Assembly: GCA_037441845.1 (NCBI GenBank)
Contig: JBBIRK010000007.1
Coordinates: 66,575-130,574 of the forward strand
DNA: 64,000 nucleotides
From: Candidatus Zixiibacteriota bacterium
GTDB taxonomy: Bacteria; Zixibacteria; MSB-5A5; UBA10806; 4484-95
Reading direction: 5' to 3'
Shown: in pieces, positions 48,316 to 58,380 of the stretch
Layout: each line of letters starts with the position of its first letter
Numbering within the stretch: the stretch's first letter is position 1
The notes under the pieces: generated by a model
Databases searched by the model: none
The model's input: only the letters and a program-made list of their open reading frames with translations
What the model was told of the DNA's origin: nothing
Position numbers and translations under genes: made by a program

Positions 48316-50178
48316 TCAACCCCCCGCGTTCAGCAGTCGATAAAGCGCAAAATCGCCGTCCTGCATCAACAATTCCCCTTGCGTACGGCAAATCAGTTCA
48401 AGAGCTCGAACACCCTCCCGAAAAACATCGCCGTAAGCCGCCCCGGCGAATCTTCCGGAACCGGAAAACTCCTCGACGACCCGTCGATCGATAACCACGT
48501 GATCGATTCCGTTTTCCTTAAGGGCCGACCTGATTTCAGCCGCTTTCGTGAAATCGACCGTTGTTTGTTCGCTCGGATTGAGATAAACGAATTTTCTTTC
48601 AAGATAGTAGCCGTCGGCGCGGGTCCAATTGGAGCAAAGGATCCCGACCAAAGCCTCGACCGGCAGATCGGCGTTTATATATCGCCAGGCTCGGATATAA
48701 GGAAACGCCTTTTTCGCCTCGCTCGATTCCACCTCGTTCGGGTCGAGAGCGGCGTATCGATCGAGGAATTGGTCGCGATCGATTATCCCAATTGCGGCGG
48801 TTATCCGAAGGCGATTGTCTCTTATGGATTGAGCGGCGTTTATCAGCAACAACAACGCCGCCGCCGCATAGACCAGATAACGCCCGAAATTCGACGAGCG
48901 GCCGAGTTTGTCGATAGCGTGAACCGCCGCCAGTATCAACAACGGAATCACCGGCAACAAATAGCGGGTATTGGCCAGACCAAAATACCACAGCAAAAAA
49001 TAAATCGCCGCCAGCCAAAGCCCGATAGTCACCGCTTTCGGTGTTTTTCGATAAAAAATCAATAACGGCAGTAAAACGAACGGCAGAGGACCGGTTCTGC
49101 CCCGAAATATGTCAGGGAAATAGACTAGACGGAAAGGCGCGGTTATAAAGTTGAGTATCGTCCTCGATTCAGTTTTCGGCATTATGGCGGCGTTGAACGT
49201 ATCGAACTGGCTTTTCCAGAATTCGGAATGAAATAAATTATCGAAATGAGGAAATATCGGATTTCCGGTGATTATCGCCGACCGGACATACCAGGGAGCG
49301 GCAAACAAAACGAGCATCGCAAAAAATAACATCAGATGCCGGGTTTTGCGAACTCCCGCAACCACGATCACCGCCAAAGCAGCGGCGAATATCAAGGAAT
49401 TGACCTTGGAGCCCGCCGCCAAACCGGCAAGGATTCCGCTTAAAAGAAGCGCCGCAAGTCGATTCGATTTTCGATACTCGAAAAACATTATGAATCCAGC
49501 CAACGAGAAGCCGGCGGCAAGGTAATCGCTTTTCGAATCCGCCAAACCGGATACCAGAAACGGCACCGCCAGCATCATGGGAATCATCAAAGCATGACCG
49601 CCGGGCAGAGTCCGCCGGGATAACTCCACTGTCAGGAAAATGAGGAATATGGCGAAACAAAATACCGCAAATTGGGCCGATTCCGCCGAAATCAGGCCGA
49701 CCAAAGGGGTCACCAACAACTCACTGTTAAGCGCCGTCGCTGACATCGGGTTCGTCGGGTAAAAATTAATCGCCCTATCGGCAATCCAAAGGCGGGGAAG
49801 GCCCAGATGATAAAACAGCGTGTCGTTTTTCACCGGCGGCGATAAAGATGCCAGACCGCCCATGATGATCAGCACAATAGATAAAATCAGCAGATACCAG
49901 GGTAAATTTTCAGCGGCGAATTTATATCGACGTAGAGCCCGCCACCCCTCCAGCGCAAAAAGCGAAAGCGCCGCGCCGAAACCGATAAGTATAGGGCGGG
50001 TCAGCAGATTCAATAACCCAAGCACGAACAGGACCATAATGGCCAGCCCGCAACCCGGGAAAAACGAGCTGAAAAAATCGCTTTTCAATTTGAACAAGCG
50101 CCGGTAAATCACCGTGCCCAATCCCGATAGGGAAACCACGTAAATCAAGGCCGCCGCGGTATCGACCAACGGTTTCAT
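48316..50178 (-). CDS. Polytopic GT-C / PMT-like (ArnT/GT39-type) membrane glycosyltransferase
   Basis: Many TM helices; PP..DTLFYHL.LP loop, PWYVRS..TGNP, RYLLP. Confidence 0.7.
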   Translation of the reverse strand: MKPLVDTAAALIYVVSLSGLGTVIYRRLFKLKSDFFSSFFPGCGLAIMVLFVLGLLNLLTRPILIGFGAALSLFALEGWRALRRYKFAAENLPWYLLILSIVLIIMGGLASLSPPVKNDTLFYHLGLPRLWIADRAINFYPTNPMSATALNSELLVTPLVGLISAESAQFAVFCFAIFLIFLTVELSRRTLPGGHALMIPMMLAVPFLVSGLADSKSDYLAAGFSLAGFIMFFEYRKSNRLAALLLSGILAGLAAGSKVNSLIFAAALAVIVVAGVRKTRHLMLFFAMLVLFAAPWYVRSAIITGNPIFPHFDNLFHSEFWKSQFDTFNAAIMPKTESRTILNFITAPFRLVYFPDIFRGRTGPLPFVLLPLLIFYRKTPKAVTIGLWLAAIYFLLWYFGLANTRYLLPVIPLLILAAVHAIDKLGRSSNFGRYLVYAAAALLLLINAAQSIRDNRLRITAAIGIIDRDQFLDRYAALDPNEVESSEAKKAFPYIRAWRYINADLPVEALVGILCSNWTRADGYYLERKFVYLNPSEQTTVDFTKAAEIRSALKENGIDHVVIDRRVVEEFSGSGRFAGAAYGDVFREGVRALELICRTQGELLMQDGDFALYRLLNAGG

Positions 50179-50306
50179 AATCCCAAAAAATCTTTGATTC
50201 TTGCCAAACGCGAGAAAAACAAACTCGCGAAATAGGCGATAAACGATAAGATCAGATAGAAACCGATCAGGAGGTTTTTCCAATCCCCCGATATTCTATT
50301 TTTCAT
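50175..50306 (-). CDS. Small single-TM protein (43 aa)
   Basis: MKNRISGDWKNLLIGFYLILSFIAYFASLFFSRLARIKDFLGL; overlaps GT2 end and ATGA-overlaps the GT-C start. Confidence 0.55.
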   Translation of the reverse strand: MKNRISGDWKNLLIGFYLILSFIAYFASLFFSRLARIKDFLGL

Positions 50307-51261
50307 TATCTTTCCACTCATCGCCCGCCCGATCTTTTCGCCGCCGACGATAGCCGCAAGCCACGTTTCCCCACAGCAGGTAATCATATATTAAGTCCGG
50401 CCAAGGCACGATAGAAAACGTTTTCACTTTCAGAGCCGCCGCCCGCAGGAAAAGTGAATTGGTGGCGACCGATAACAGCAGCCCCCAGCAAACCCGCGAT
50501 ATTAATCCTTTCTTTTTTTGGTTGAGTATATCCGCCGGCAGATCGCGCACGAATTGCGGGTGCTTTTTGATCAGATAACCGATCGAGTACATCCCGAATT
50601 CGCGGAATTGCCGACAAACGTCGTCCAGCGTGCGTCGATGATGATGGTAGGTGACGGCGTTGCTGTCGAAAATCAACCGTGCGCCCGAGGACACCAATCT
50701 GATTCCGAAATCGATATCTTCGCCGCCCCACGCCTTGAAATTTCGATCGAATCCGCCGGATTTCAGGAAAAGCGATCTCTCGATTGCGAAATTGTTGCTG
50801 GTGAACATCCTTCCGGGGATTTCGGTCTGCGATCCGTCTTTTCGGTGTCGACCGCGCGAATAAAGATATCGTTCGAATCCGCTGGTTTTTTGTCCGGGCG
50901 GCGGCTTGACCTCGCCGAGCTTCACGGTCGATTCATCCATACCGTTCAATATCGATTCCACGTATCTGCTGTCGGGAACCATATCGCCGTCGAAAAAAAT
51001 CATCAGGCGGCCGCTCGATCTTTCGGCGCCGAGATTGCGGTTGGCCGAACGGCCCAGGGGAACGCTGTTGCGGATGTATTTGAAATAAATGGGATAGCGC
51101 AGCTTCTTGATAGCCTGCTCACAACCGTCGATTGATCCGTCGTCGCAGATGACGATTTCGAACGATCGCGGCCTGTCGATCTGCTTACGCAGACTCTCCA
51201 AAGCCGCCAAAAGCGATTGTTTCTGATTGCGAACCGGAATTATGATACTGACTTCGATCAT
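50296..51261 (-). CDS. Glycosyltransferase family 2
   Basis: VSIIIP, VICDDGS, FDGD (DxD), WGGED; ATGA overlap. Confidence 0.92.
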   Translation of the reverse strand: MIEVSIIIPVRNQKQSLLAALESLRKQIDRPRSFEIVICDDGSIDGCEQAIKKLRYPIYFKYIRNSVPLGRSANRNLGAERSSGRLMIFFDGDMVPDSRYVESILNGMDESTVKLGEVKPPPGQKTSGFERYLYSRGRHRKDGSQTEIPGRMFTSNNFAIERSLFLKSGGFDRNFKAWGGEDIDFGIRLVSSGARLIFDSNAVTYHHHRRTLDDVCRQFREFGMYSIGYLIKKHPQFVRDLPADILNQKKKGLISRVCWGLLLSVATNSLFLRAAALKVKTFSIVPWPDLIYDYLLWGNVACGYRRRRKDRAGDEWKDNEK

Positions 51262-52358
51262 CGTCCGAGCTCCCGATAGATCGATATCAATTTCGGACCC
51301 TCGTTTTCCCACACGTATTTCGACCTCGCTGCAAGGCAAGCTTTGCGAGCGTTTTCCCTTTCGCCCTCCAAGAAAGCTCTCACCCTTTCCGGCTGAATCG
51401 GGTTATCCGATTCGAGCACGAGCCCGAGTTTGCCGCTTTCGACAATCTTTCGAGGGCCGGGAATGTCACTGACGATGGGCGGAACACCGGCGCAGATATA
51501 CTGGAAAAGTTTCTGCGGCAGCGCCAAACGATGATTTTCAGAAATCGGTTCAAGCAGCAGGAAACCGGCATCGGCCGCAGCCGTCCATGAAGACAGCTCC
51601 TGCGGCGGAATCATGCCGATAAAACGAACTCTATCGGCTATCCCGAGTTTCGCGGACGCAAATTCCAGTTCGCCTTTTATCGGGCCGTCTCCGATAATCA
51701 ACAACGCGGTTTCCGGCAATGCCGCGATTATTTTCAGACAATCGAACAGCCCCTGGCCTTTCCTCAAAACCCCTTGAAATACGATGACGTATTTTGCATC
51801 AATGCCGCAGGTCCGCCGTAGATCGATCGGTTTCCCAGGTATATCAGACCGAGCCAGATTCATGACCACCGCCGGTCGCGGAATTCGGTATATGGTCTGC
51901 AACCTCTCGGCGATAGCTTCGTTGACCGTAACCACGGCATCGGCACGTCGGATCAGTTTGCTTTCCAGGAACCCCCAAAAGCTTCTGGTCAGCGGGCGGT
52001 TTTTCAAGGCCAACAATCCGGTGTAAAATTCCCTTGACTCATAAAGGACTTTCGCGTTTTCGTCGGCGGATCGCACGGCCGCCCAGAGCGTATCGAGATC
52101 GACGGCGTGGCAGATGTCGGGCATGAACCTGCGGGCGATTTCGGCCGCTCGGATATTGTATTCGATGAACCGCCTTTTGCGCGAAGGCCAGGTGGGCTGC
52201 GGAATCTGATGGATTCCGGCTCCCTTGAAATCCGCCATCTTTCCTCCGGCGGCGGCGATTATTTCCAGTTCCCAGTGCTGCGATAATATATCCTCGCAGA
52301 TCAACTGCGCCCGCGAATCGTAATCGAATACGTTCAGGATAAAAAAAGCGATTCGCAC
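51258..52358 (-). CDS. Glycosyltransferase family 4 (VimF-like)
   Basis: DSR near N-terminus, YESRE, IIGDGP, LPQKLFQY..AGVP; GTG start with GGAG SD. Confidence 0.88.
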   Translation of the reverse strand: MRIAFFILNVFDYDSRAQLICEDILSQHWELEIIAAAGGKMADFKGAGIHQIPQPTWPSRKRRFIEYNIRAAEIARRFMPDICHAVDLDTLWAAVRSADENAKVLYESREFYTGLLALKNRPLTRSFWGFLESKLIRRADAVVTVNEAIAERLQTIYRIPRPAVVMNLARSDIPGKPIDLRRTCGIDAKYVIVFQGVLRKGQGLFDCLKIIAALPETALLIIGDGPIKGELEFASAKLGIADRVRFIGMIPPQELSSWTAAADAGFLLLEPISENHRLALPQKLFQYICAGVPPIVSDIPGPRKIVESGKLGLVLESDNPIQPERVRAFLEGERENARKACLAARSKYVWENEGPKLISIYRELGR

Positions 52359-53686
52359 CGGTTTCTCCAATAATGGTTGATTCGAGTCAACGGCGCTATA
52401 AAGGCGCCCACATCCCGGGAGCGTTCGAGCAACCTGAAATAGGTTTCCGACCATCCCCGATAATCGTGACCGTAAAAGGAGGTATTGTGCCAGTCGAGCA
52501 CCAGAAGTGCATGACTTTTAAGGCAGTCGTCGATCACTCGGTCGAGCGTCGATTCCGCAACGCCGGGTCGGTCGTCGCGATGCAGCGCGCAATCCATGAG
52601 GGATATCGGAAGCTCGAGCACGTCGATCGTTTCCGCCGTTTGAAAATCGACGCCGAAAAACGGAAATTCGAGGCCTGCCGCAAAACCTACGGCATTATCG
52701 GAGCCGAGCGAAGACGAATATGCGAAACCGCTCAAATTCCGCCAGAATTCCGGGAAACGACAATCGAGGAAATGAGGCCTTATTCCCGTTACATCGCAAT
52801 CGAAAATATCGCGCAGATGTTCTTTCGCGAAGGACAGCTTTTCGGGATCATCGCCGGTGCCTATGCCGTTATGCAAAGCAATTTCGAATCTGTTACCGGC
52901 TGCGGCGCCCAATACTTTGCGTAGTTCTTCGGCGCGATAGGTCGGATCCCGTGGATCGTTTCTGCCGCCGGCGAAAGCGAAAATGGTAGCCCCTTCCAAT
53001 ACGTCCAAAATCCTGACGAACCGGTGATAGGGATTCGGACGGCCGAGAAGCGATGACGCCAGAGAATCGGCGAAACCGGCCAGAGCGCCCCCTATGCCTC
53101 CCGGCAGACCCCGACCGTAAAGCGAACGGGCGATCAATTTCAACCCTCCAAGAGGTCTGCGCCGCAAAATGTCGATATCGAAACTTAAGCCGAGCGCAAA
53201 CGGCGCTTGTTTCGGCCAGGGGGATCGAATCACGAATTCCGATGGAAGTTTCCCCGTCGCCTTGAGCCATCGACAGAAAAACTCAGCATATCCGTGGAAT
53301 TCGGGAGGCCGATATTCGGCTGACACCCCGCCTTGCCCGTAGGCACGGTCATCTTTAAGTCTTCCCGCAAGTCTTGCAAAAATCGCCGCCGGCAGATCGA
53401 ACGAAAGCCGGCGTTCGCCCAGAGAAATCGGCAAGTCGGCCATTTCCTGCGGCAAGTGGATATTCGATTCGGTATGCAGATAGTATTTCCGATCTTGAAG
53501 CGGATCGATGTCGGTGACAGGAATAAGGTCGGCCGTTGTGTCGGCTGTATCGCCATACACCATATCCGGATTTTCCTGGTCGTAACGCATTTTAATGCCG
53601 GTGACGGACGACAGTAGATTGAGGACGTAAATCGCCCGTTGTCTTGGCGGTCCCTCGGCCTCGATCTTAACTTTCAGCTCAAACAT
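52334..53686 (-). CDS. Polysaccharide deacetylase-like (CE4/NodB-fold) protein, VimE-like
   Basis: SFDID, EIALH, RPHFL, ELP..LMD, WH motifs. Confidence 0.75.
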   Translation of the reverse strand: MFELKVKIEAEGPPRQRAIYVLNLLSSVTGIKMRYDQENPDMVYGDTADTTADLIPVTDIDPLQDRKYYLHTESNIHLPQEMADLPISLGERRLSFDLPAAIFARLAGRLKDDRAYGQGGVSAEYRPPEFHGYAEFFCRWLKATGKLPSEFVIRSPWPKQAPFALGLSFDIDILRRRPLGGLKLIARSLYGRGLPGGIGGALAGFADSLASSLLGRPNPYHRFVRILDVLEGATIFAFAGGRNDPRDPTYRAEELRKVLGAAAGNRFEIALHNGIGTGDDPEKLSFAKEHLRDIFDCDVTGIRPHFLDCRFPEFWRNLSGFAYSSSLGSDNAVGFAAGLEFPFFGVDFQTAETIDVLELPISLMDCALHRDDRPGVAESTLDRVIDDCLKSHALLVLDWHNTSFYGHDYRGWSETYFRLLERSRDVGAFIAPLTRINHYWRNRCESLFLS

Positions 53687-54638
53687 TTCTCCTGCCGCGA
53701 AATTTCATGAGGGAGCGATACAGGTTCCCTCTAAAACTGAATCTGCGCTCGATTTCATAATGACTTACTTGAGTCGGACCGAACGATCTTTTGAAATCGG
53801 CCACCGCGGGAACATCGCCCCCGCAGAGATCCCAAAGCTGCACTCCCCGATCAAAATGATCTCGGCCGATATGAAGCATGAGAAATTGGTTTACTCCGAG
53901 CGGATGATACTCCGGCAGAGATCCGGCCAGCCAGTCATAGGCGAAACGCCCATATCTCAATTGAGCCCTAAATGCGACCGGCACACCTTGCACTTTCGCC
54001 ACGAAAATTTTTATCAGACCCCGATCATCGAGATTTTCTATCCAGCGGTGAAGAATGGAATCATCGACCGGCGGTTTCAACTTGTGTCTGGCGAAAGTAG
54101 CCCGATAAATCGCCCGGGGGAATTCTTTTACTTGTTCGATTTCGATTCCCGATCGGGCCGCCTTGTTAAGTTTGTTTTTCACGTCATCGGTGCAGCGGTC
54201 TCTCAACGTTTCGAAGGCGGCCGGTTCCAATCTGAAAGTAACCCTTTTTCTGCGCAGCCATCGGTCGTCGATAAAATCCCCCTCGGTTTCCGGAACCAGC
54301 GAGAAAACCGCCAGATCGAAATGGTCTGATAGATATGAATCGATCGCCTCCCAACATTCCCGAGGCTTGCCGTGAATTAAAGGGCCGTAATATTGAAAAT
54401 GGTGGGGGATCGTGCAGCTTTTTATGGCAGGGCGTGCTTTCACGACGAGATTCGCGATCCCCAGCGGCTCGCTTCCATCGAGAATAACTATCGGATGCAC
54501 CTTAAGACCGAGTATCGCCGCCGATAAAACGAGAAAATCGTAATCATAAAATATCGAACCGACAAAATCAGGAAATCCCGAAACAGCTTGACGGTACAAT
54601 TCCGGATCTTCTGAAATCAGCTTATTGTTTCGCAGCAA
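53679..54638 (-). CDS. GNAT/FemAB-like acyltransferase, VimA-like
   Basis: QYYGP, KLNKA, AYDWLAG, WDLCG, FKRSFG: FemAB-type double-GNAT pattern. Confidence 0.8.
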   Translation of the reverse strand: MLRNNKLISEDPELYRQAVSGFPDFVGSIFYDYDFLVLSAAILGLKVHPIVILDGSEPLGIANLVVKARPAIKSCTIPHHFQYYGPLIHGKPRECWEAIDSYLSDHFDLAVFSLVPETEGDFIDDRWLRRKRVTFRLEPAAFETLRDRCTDDVKNKLNKAARSGIEIEQVKEFPRAIYRATFARHKLKPPVDDSILHRWIENLDDRGLIKIFVAKVQGVPVAFRAQLRYGRFAYDWLAGSLPEYHPLGVNQFLMLHIGRDHFDRGVQLWDLCGGDVPAVADFKRSFGPTQVSHYEIERRFSFRGNLYRSLMKFRGRRNV

Positions 54639-54640
54639 GA

Positions 54641-56881
54641 CTATCTGATCACTGCCACTTTTGCAATTCCAGAATTGTTTTCGGCCTTGACGTGGATAAA
54701 ATAGATTCCCGCCGAAACGGGAGAGCCGCTTTCATTTGTCAGATCCCACGAACTGTTGGATCCACCGTATTCGAATCGCTTTACCAGATCGCCGGAAACC
54801 GAATAAATCGATATCTGCGATTCGGCGGGAACACGCAAGAACGAAATTCGAGTCTGGCCCAATCTGACGTTGGCCGGATTAGGATAGACGGCCACGTCGT
54901 TCAGATCCAGCGAGGGACGGGCGATCCCCGATTCGAAAACCGATAATCCGCCTTCGGTTCCGATATAAACGATTCCGGTTCGAGTATCGATTTCGATATG
55001 GCGTACGGCATTGGACAATAGCGGCGAATTGGTGGTCTTAAACGTATAAAGCCAGCTCGGATTGTTGCGATTGAAATTGCCCGGCATCACCACCACGCCG
55101 GAATCGCAGCCCACCCAGATATTACCGATCCCGTCGATTTCCAGGGAATAAACTGTGCTCCGGTAACCATCCGGCAGCTCGATCATCAAAGTATCCTCGA
55201 ACGCGAAACTGTAATAGAGCAAGCCGAATGAACCTCCTGCGAATAATCCTTCATTTTCCACGATCGCCATGGCGAAGACGCCGACCGCGCTCACTATCAA
55301 GCCATGCCAGACGTCATCGGCGGTCGAAAAGGGATCGGTTCCACGATCAAGAAAGTGCACTCCCGCCCGGCCGCCGATAAACAAATTGTTTCCGCTGGCA
55401 AGGATTTCGAATACACCGTTGTCGGGCACCTGCTGGCTGTTTTCGTAATATGGCTGCCAGACCGAGTCCACTGGATCGAATCCAGCCATCACCAACACCG
55501 GACCGCCCGGTTGCGGGCTTACGGCGTCGAGATTCAACGCCCAAACATTTCCCTGATAATCGAATGTAACATCGGGAATGGCCACATAATAGGGACCGTT
55601 AATCACACCCTGAAATGGACTGTTGGTTTGGTTATAATTGATCCACTGTTGTGAATCAAAAGAATACAGCCCGTCACCCCAGCTTCCGGTCCAAAGCATA
55701 TTATTGTGTGCGTCGTATTCAACGCAATAAGCGCCATTCGAGCGCAACCCCGAATTGGTATAATCGTAGATCCGCCAATCGAGACCATCAAAGCGGGATA
55801 TGCCGGCGCTGAAATGAGTCAACCATAGATTGCCGATGGAGTCGATTGCGATATCGTAGATGATATTGGCGGCCGGCCCTGGGACCCTGTAGGGTGTCCA
55901 ATAGGTTCCCGTTAATCGGGCAAGCCCGCCGCCATCGAACGCCGCCCACACTCGTCCGCTGTCGTCGAATGCGATTCCTTTGGCATTAGTCGAAATGAGA
56001 CCGTCGGTCGGGAGCAACTCCCAGCCGGACTCGCGGCGACGATATATCCCCTGGCCCGTGGCGGCGTAAAGCGTATCCCAATAAATTTCGAGATCGAATA
56101 TTATCTGCCCCGTCAGACCGATATTCAGCCAGGTCGAATCGGGCTGAAAGCTGAATACGCCATCGGCCGACCCGGCGAATACACTGTCGGTCGTTCCGGC
56201 GATCGAAAATATACGGGCGTTAGTCAAACCCGCTTGATTGCGGCGATACGACGTCCATGTTTGAGGGTCTTGTGGAAGATTGTTGTCGGTATGGGTGAAC
56301 GCCAAACCGCTGTCGCTTCCGGCCCAGATAATCCCATCGAGCACACGCACCGCCCTGACCGCGGTTTCGGGCGGTATCTGCCCAAGGCGAGAGGCTATAT
56401 CCTGAAACTCCCCGCCGTTGCGATTGGAAAGGAACCTGCCGATCCCGATGTCGGTGGCCACCCACAGCGTGTCCCCGGAGGGAGCGATATCGTTCAGATT
56501 ATATTTGATTTCTCCGGTGTAGCGAAATTGATAAATCACGATGTTTCCGCTGGAATCCATCCTGGTCAGGGTTCCGTTTGAACCGCCTATGAATAGATCG
56601 CCGGCGGCGTCGAATTCGACCGCCCTGATGACCACATCGCCGAGCCCTTCGGAATTGAGATATTTCCTCAATTCTCCCGAGAGGATGTCATATCGAATGA
56701 GCCCTCCGATGGTCCCGCAATATATCACCCGGCCGTTGGAGGCGATCGCCTGGCCGTTATCTGAATAAGTATAGTTATGCCAATCGCCAATTCCGGCTTC
56801 GGCGACAGCACCTATGCACGGGATTATGAAAAGGACAACTACGATCAACAATGACAATCGCATTTTATTTATTATACCCAT
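54641..56881 (-). CDS. PorZ-like double beta-propeller protein with T9SS-type C-terminal domain
   Basis: Signal peptide; IGDWHNY, propeller repeats, TTNSPLLSN, VYIGTEGGL, VYPNP...WDL..SAGIY..KVAVIR. Confidence 0.75.
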   Translation of the reverse strand: MGIINKMRLSLLIVVVLFIIPCIGAVAEAGIGDWHNYTYSDNGQAIASNGRVIYCGTIGGLIRYDILSGELRKYLNSEGLGDVVIRAVEFDAAGDLFIGGSNGTLTRMDSSGNIVIYQFRYTGEIKYNLNDIAPSGDTLWVATDIGIGRFLSNRNGGEFQDIASRLGQIPPETAVRAVRVLDGIIWAGSDSGLAFTHTDNNLPQDPQTWTSYRRNQAGLTNARIFSIAGTTDSVFAGSADGVFSFQPDSTWLNIGLTGQIIFDLEIYWDTLYAATGQGIYRRRESGWELLPTDGLISTNAKGIAFDDSGRVWAAFDGGGLARLTGTYWTPYRVPGPAANIIYDIAIDSIGNLWLTHFSAGISRFDGLDWRIYDYTNSGLRSNGAYCVEYDAHNNMLWTGSWGDGLYSFDSQQWINYNQTNSPFQGVINGPYYVAIPDVTFDYQGNVWALNLDAVSPQPGGPVLVMAGFDPVDSVWQPYYENSQQVPDNGVFEILASGNNLFIGGRAGVHFLDRGTDPFSTADDVWHGLIVSAVGVFAMAIVENEGLFAGGSFGLLYYSFAFEDTLMIELPDGYRSTVYSLEIDGIGNIWVGCDSGVVVMPGNFNRNNPSWLYTFKTTNSPLLSNAVRHIEIDTRTGIVYIGTEGGLSVFESGIARPSLDLNDVAVYPNPANVRLGQTRISFLRVPAESQISIYSVSGDLVKRFEYGGSNSSWDLTNESGSPVSAGIYFIHVKAENNSGIAKVAVIR

Positions 56882-58370
56882 CTTTTCTTAAAATGGCAAC
56901 CCCTAACATTGTTCCCGAGAAAAGCAGGCATAGCCGGGGAAGCCAATCGCCGAATCGATTGTAAAAGCTGGTCGATTTCACCGGGGCGATAGTCCCGACA
57001 ATCAATTTTTTTTCGAACGTGCCGGTTTCGGCCAGAGTTCGGCCGTATTTATCTATTATCATCGAAACGCCGGTATTGGCGCAGCGCAATACGGGCACGC
57101 GGTTTTCGATCGCCCGAAAAACCGACATTTGGGCGTGCTGATAGGGAAGCGACGAGGGTCCGAACCACATATCGTTGGTGATCACCACCAAAAAACGGGC
57201 TCCGCGGCGGCAAAATTCGGCGCAATATCCGGGAAACGCCGATTCGAAACAGATCACCGTGCCGAATTCGTAATCGCGGTTTCGGAAAATAACCATCTCC
57301 CTTCCCGAGGAAAAATCGGCCTGCCCGAGATGGATATCTTTCAGTTTTTTGAACCGCCCCGAGAACGGAATTCGTTCGCTGACCGGCACCAATTTGATTT
57401 TCGAATAAAGCTGGACCGAATCAATGGTCGGGGATAACAAGGCGGCCGAATTGAAATATATATATTCGTTTTCTCCGGACCTTTCATATTGCGGTAATCC
57501 CGTCAGCAGATCGATTTTCAAGAAGCTCAGCAATTTTTGCAGAGAAAAAAGCTTCTCGGCATCGTGTAATAGATAAAAAGGCATCGCCGTCTCCGGCCAG
57601 ATGACCAGCTGCGCCCCCGAATCTGCGGCCTGCTTGGTCAGATCGAGATAGGTTGAATAGCTGAATTGCACCCCTTCCTTTTCCCATTTGACGTCGGGGC
57701 CGATATTCCCCTGAGCGATCGCCACCCGGTAGCTTCCTGCGACCTCCTCGGCAGGCAAACGGAACAGCCCATACAGATAAAACAGCAGCGGCAGAACCAC
57801 AGCCGATATTATCAAGCCGATTTTCAATCGCAAGCGAGGGCCGGCCATGAACAACATGAAAAACAATATCGAATTCACCATATAAACCATAAGCGAAACC
57901 CCATAGACACCCAACAGCTCCGCTATCTGGATCAAGGGCAGATAATAAACTTGGGTATAGCCTAAATCTCCCCACGGAAAATTCAGCTCGGTCAAGGTCC
58001 GCAGATATTCCCAGCCCACCCAGAGCGCCGGCCAGATCGTCAATCCGATAACGCGGTTTTTCGCCGATGCTTTAGAGAATAACCAGGCGTTGAACGCCGG
58101 CAACAAGGCGATCACCGCGAGCATTCCGATCGTTCCGGGAATGGTCGCCCAGAAAACGCCATAGAGCAAAGCCAAATTGTAGGTCAGGCCCCAGATATAC
58201 CCCAATCCGAACGCCTGCTTTCCCTTCGTTCCCGAAAGCGCATACAAAAAGGGGATGAAAGAAACGTAAGCGATGAATCCGAGGGGGTAAGGCGGATAAG
58301 CAAGAGCAGTCAATAGCGCGGAAAGAACCGCCGAAATTATTCTTCTTAAATCACTGCCCGGGAGGGGAAT
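56865..58370 (-). CDS. lnt: Apolipoprotein N-acyltransferase (start ATT 58370 or TTG 58313)
   Basis: FPW..LGY, QGNI, WPE, K..LVP..E, ICFE, TND.WF. Confidence 0.95.
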   Translation of the reverse strand: MPLPGSDLRRIISAVLSALLTALAYPPYPLGFIAYVSFIPFLYALSGTKGKQAFGLGYIWGLTYNLALLYGVFWATIPGTIGMLAVIALLPAFNAWLFSKASAKNRVIGLTIWPALWVGWEYLRTLTELNFPWGDLGYTQVYYLPLIQIAELLGVYGVSLMVYMVNSILFFMLFMAGPRLRLKIGLIISAVVLPLLFYLYGLFRLPAEEVAGSYRVAIAQGNIGPDVKWEKEGVQFSYSTYLDLTKQAADSGAQLVIWPETAMPFYLLHDAEKLFSLQKLLSFLKIDLLTGLPQYERSGENEYIYFNSAALLSPTIDSVQLYSKIKLVPVSERIPFSGRFKKLKDIHLGQADFSSGREMVIFRNRDYEFGTVICFESAFPGYCAEFCRRGARFLVVITNDMWFGPSSLPYQHAQMSVFRAIENRVPVLRCANTGVSMIIDKYGRTLAETGTFEKKLIVGTIAPVKSTSFYNRFGDWLPRLCLLFSGTMLGVAILRKDGYNK

Positions 58371-58380
58371 TTCGCCCTCC

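Noticed and set aside
50179..50283. N-terminal TTG extension of the GT-C ORF in the track
   Set aside because: Better explained by the overlapping 43-aa TM ORF and the ATG at 50178
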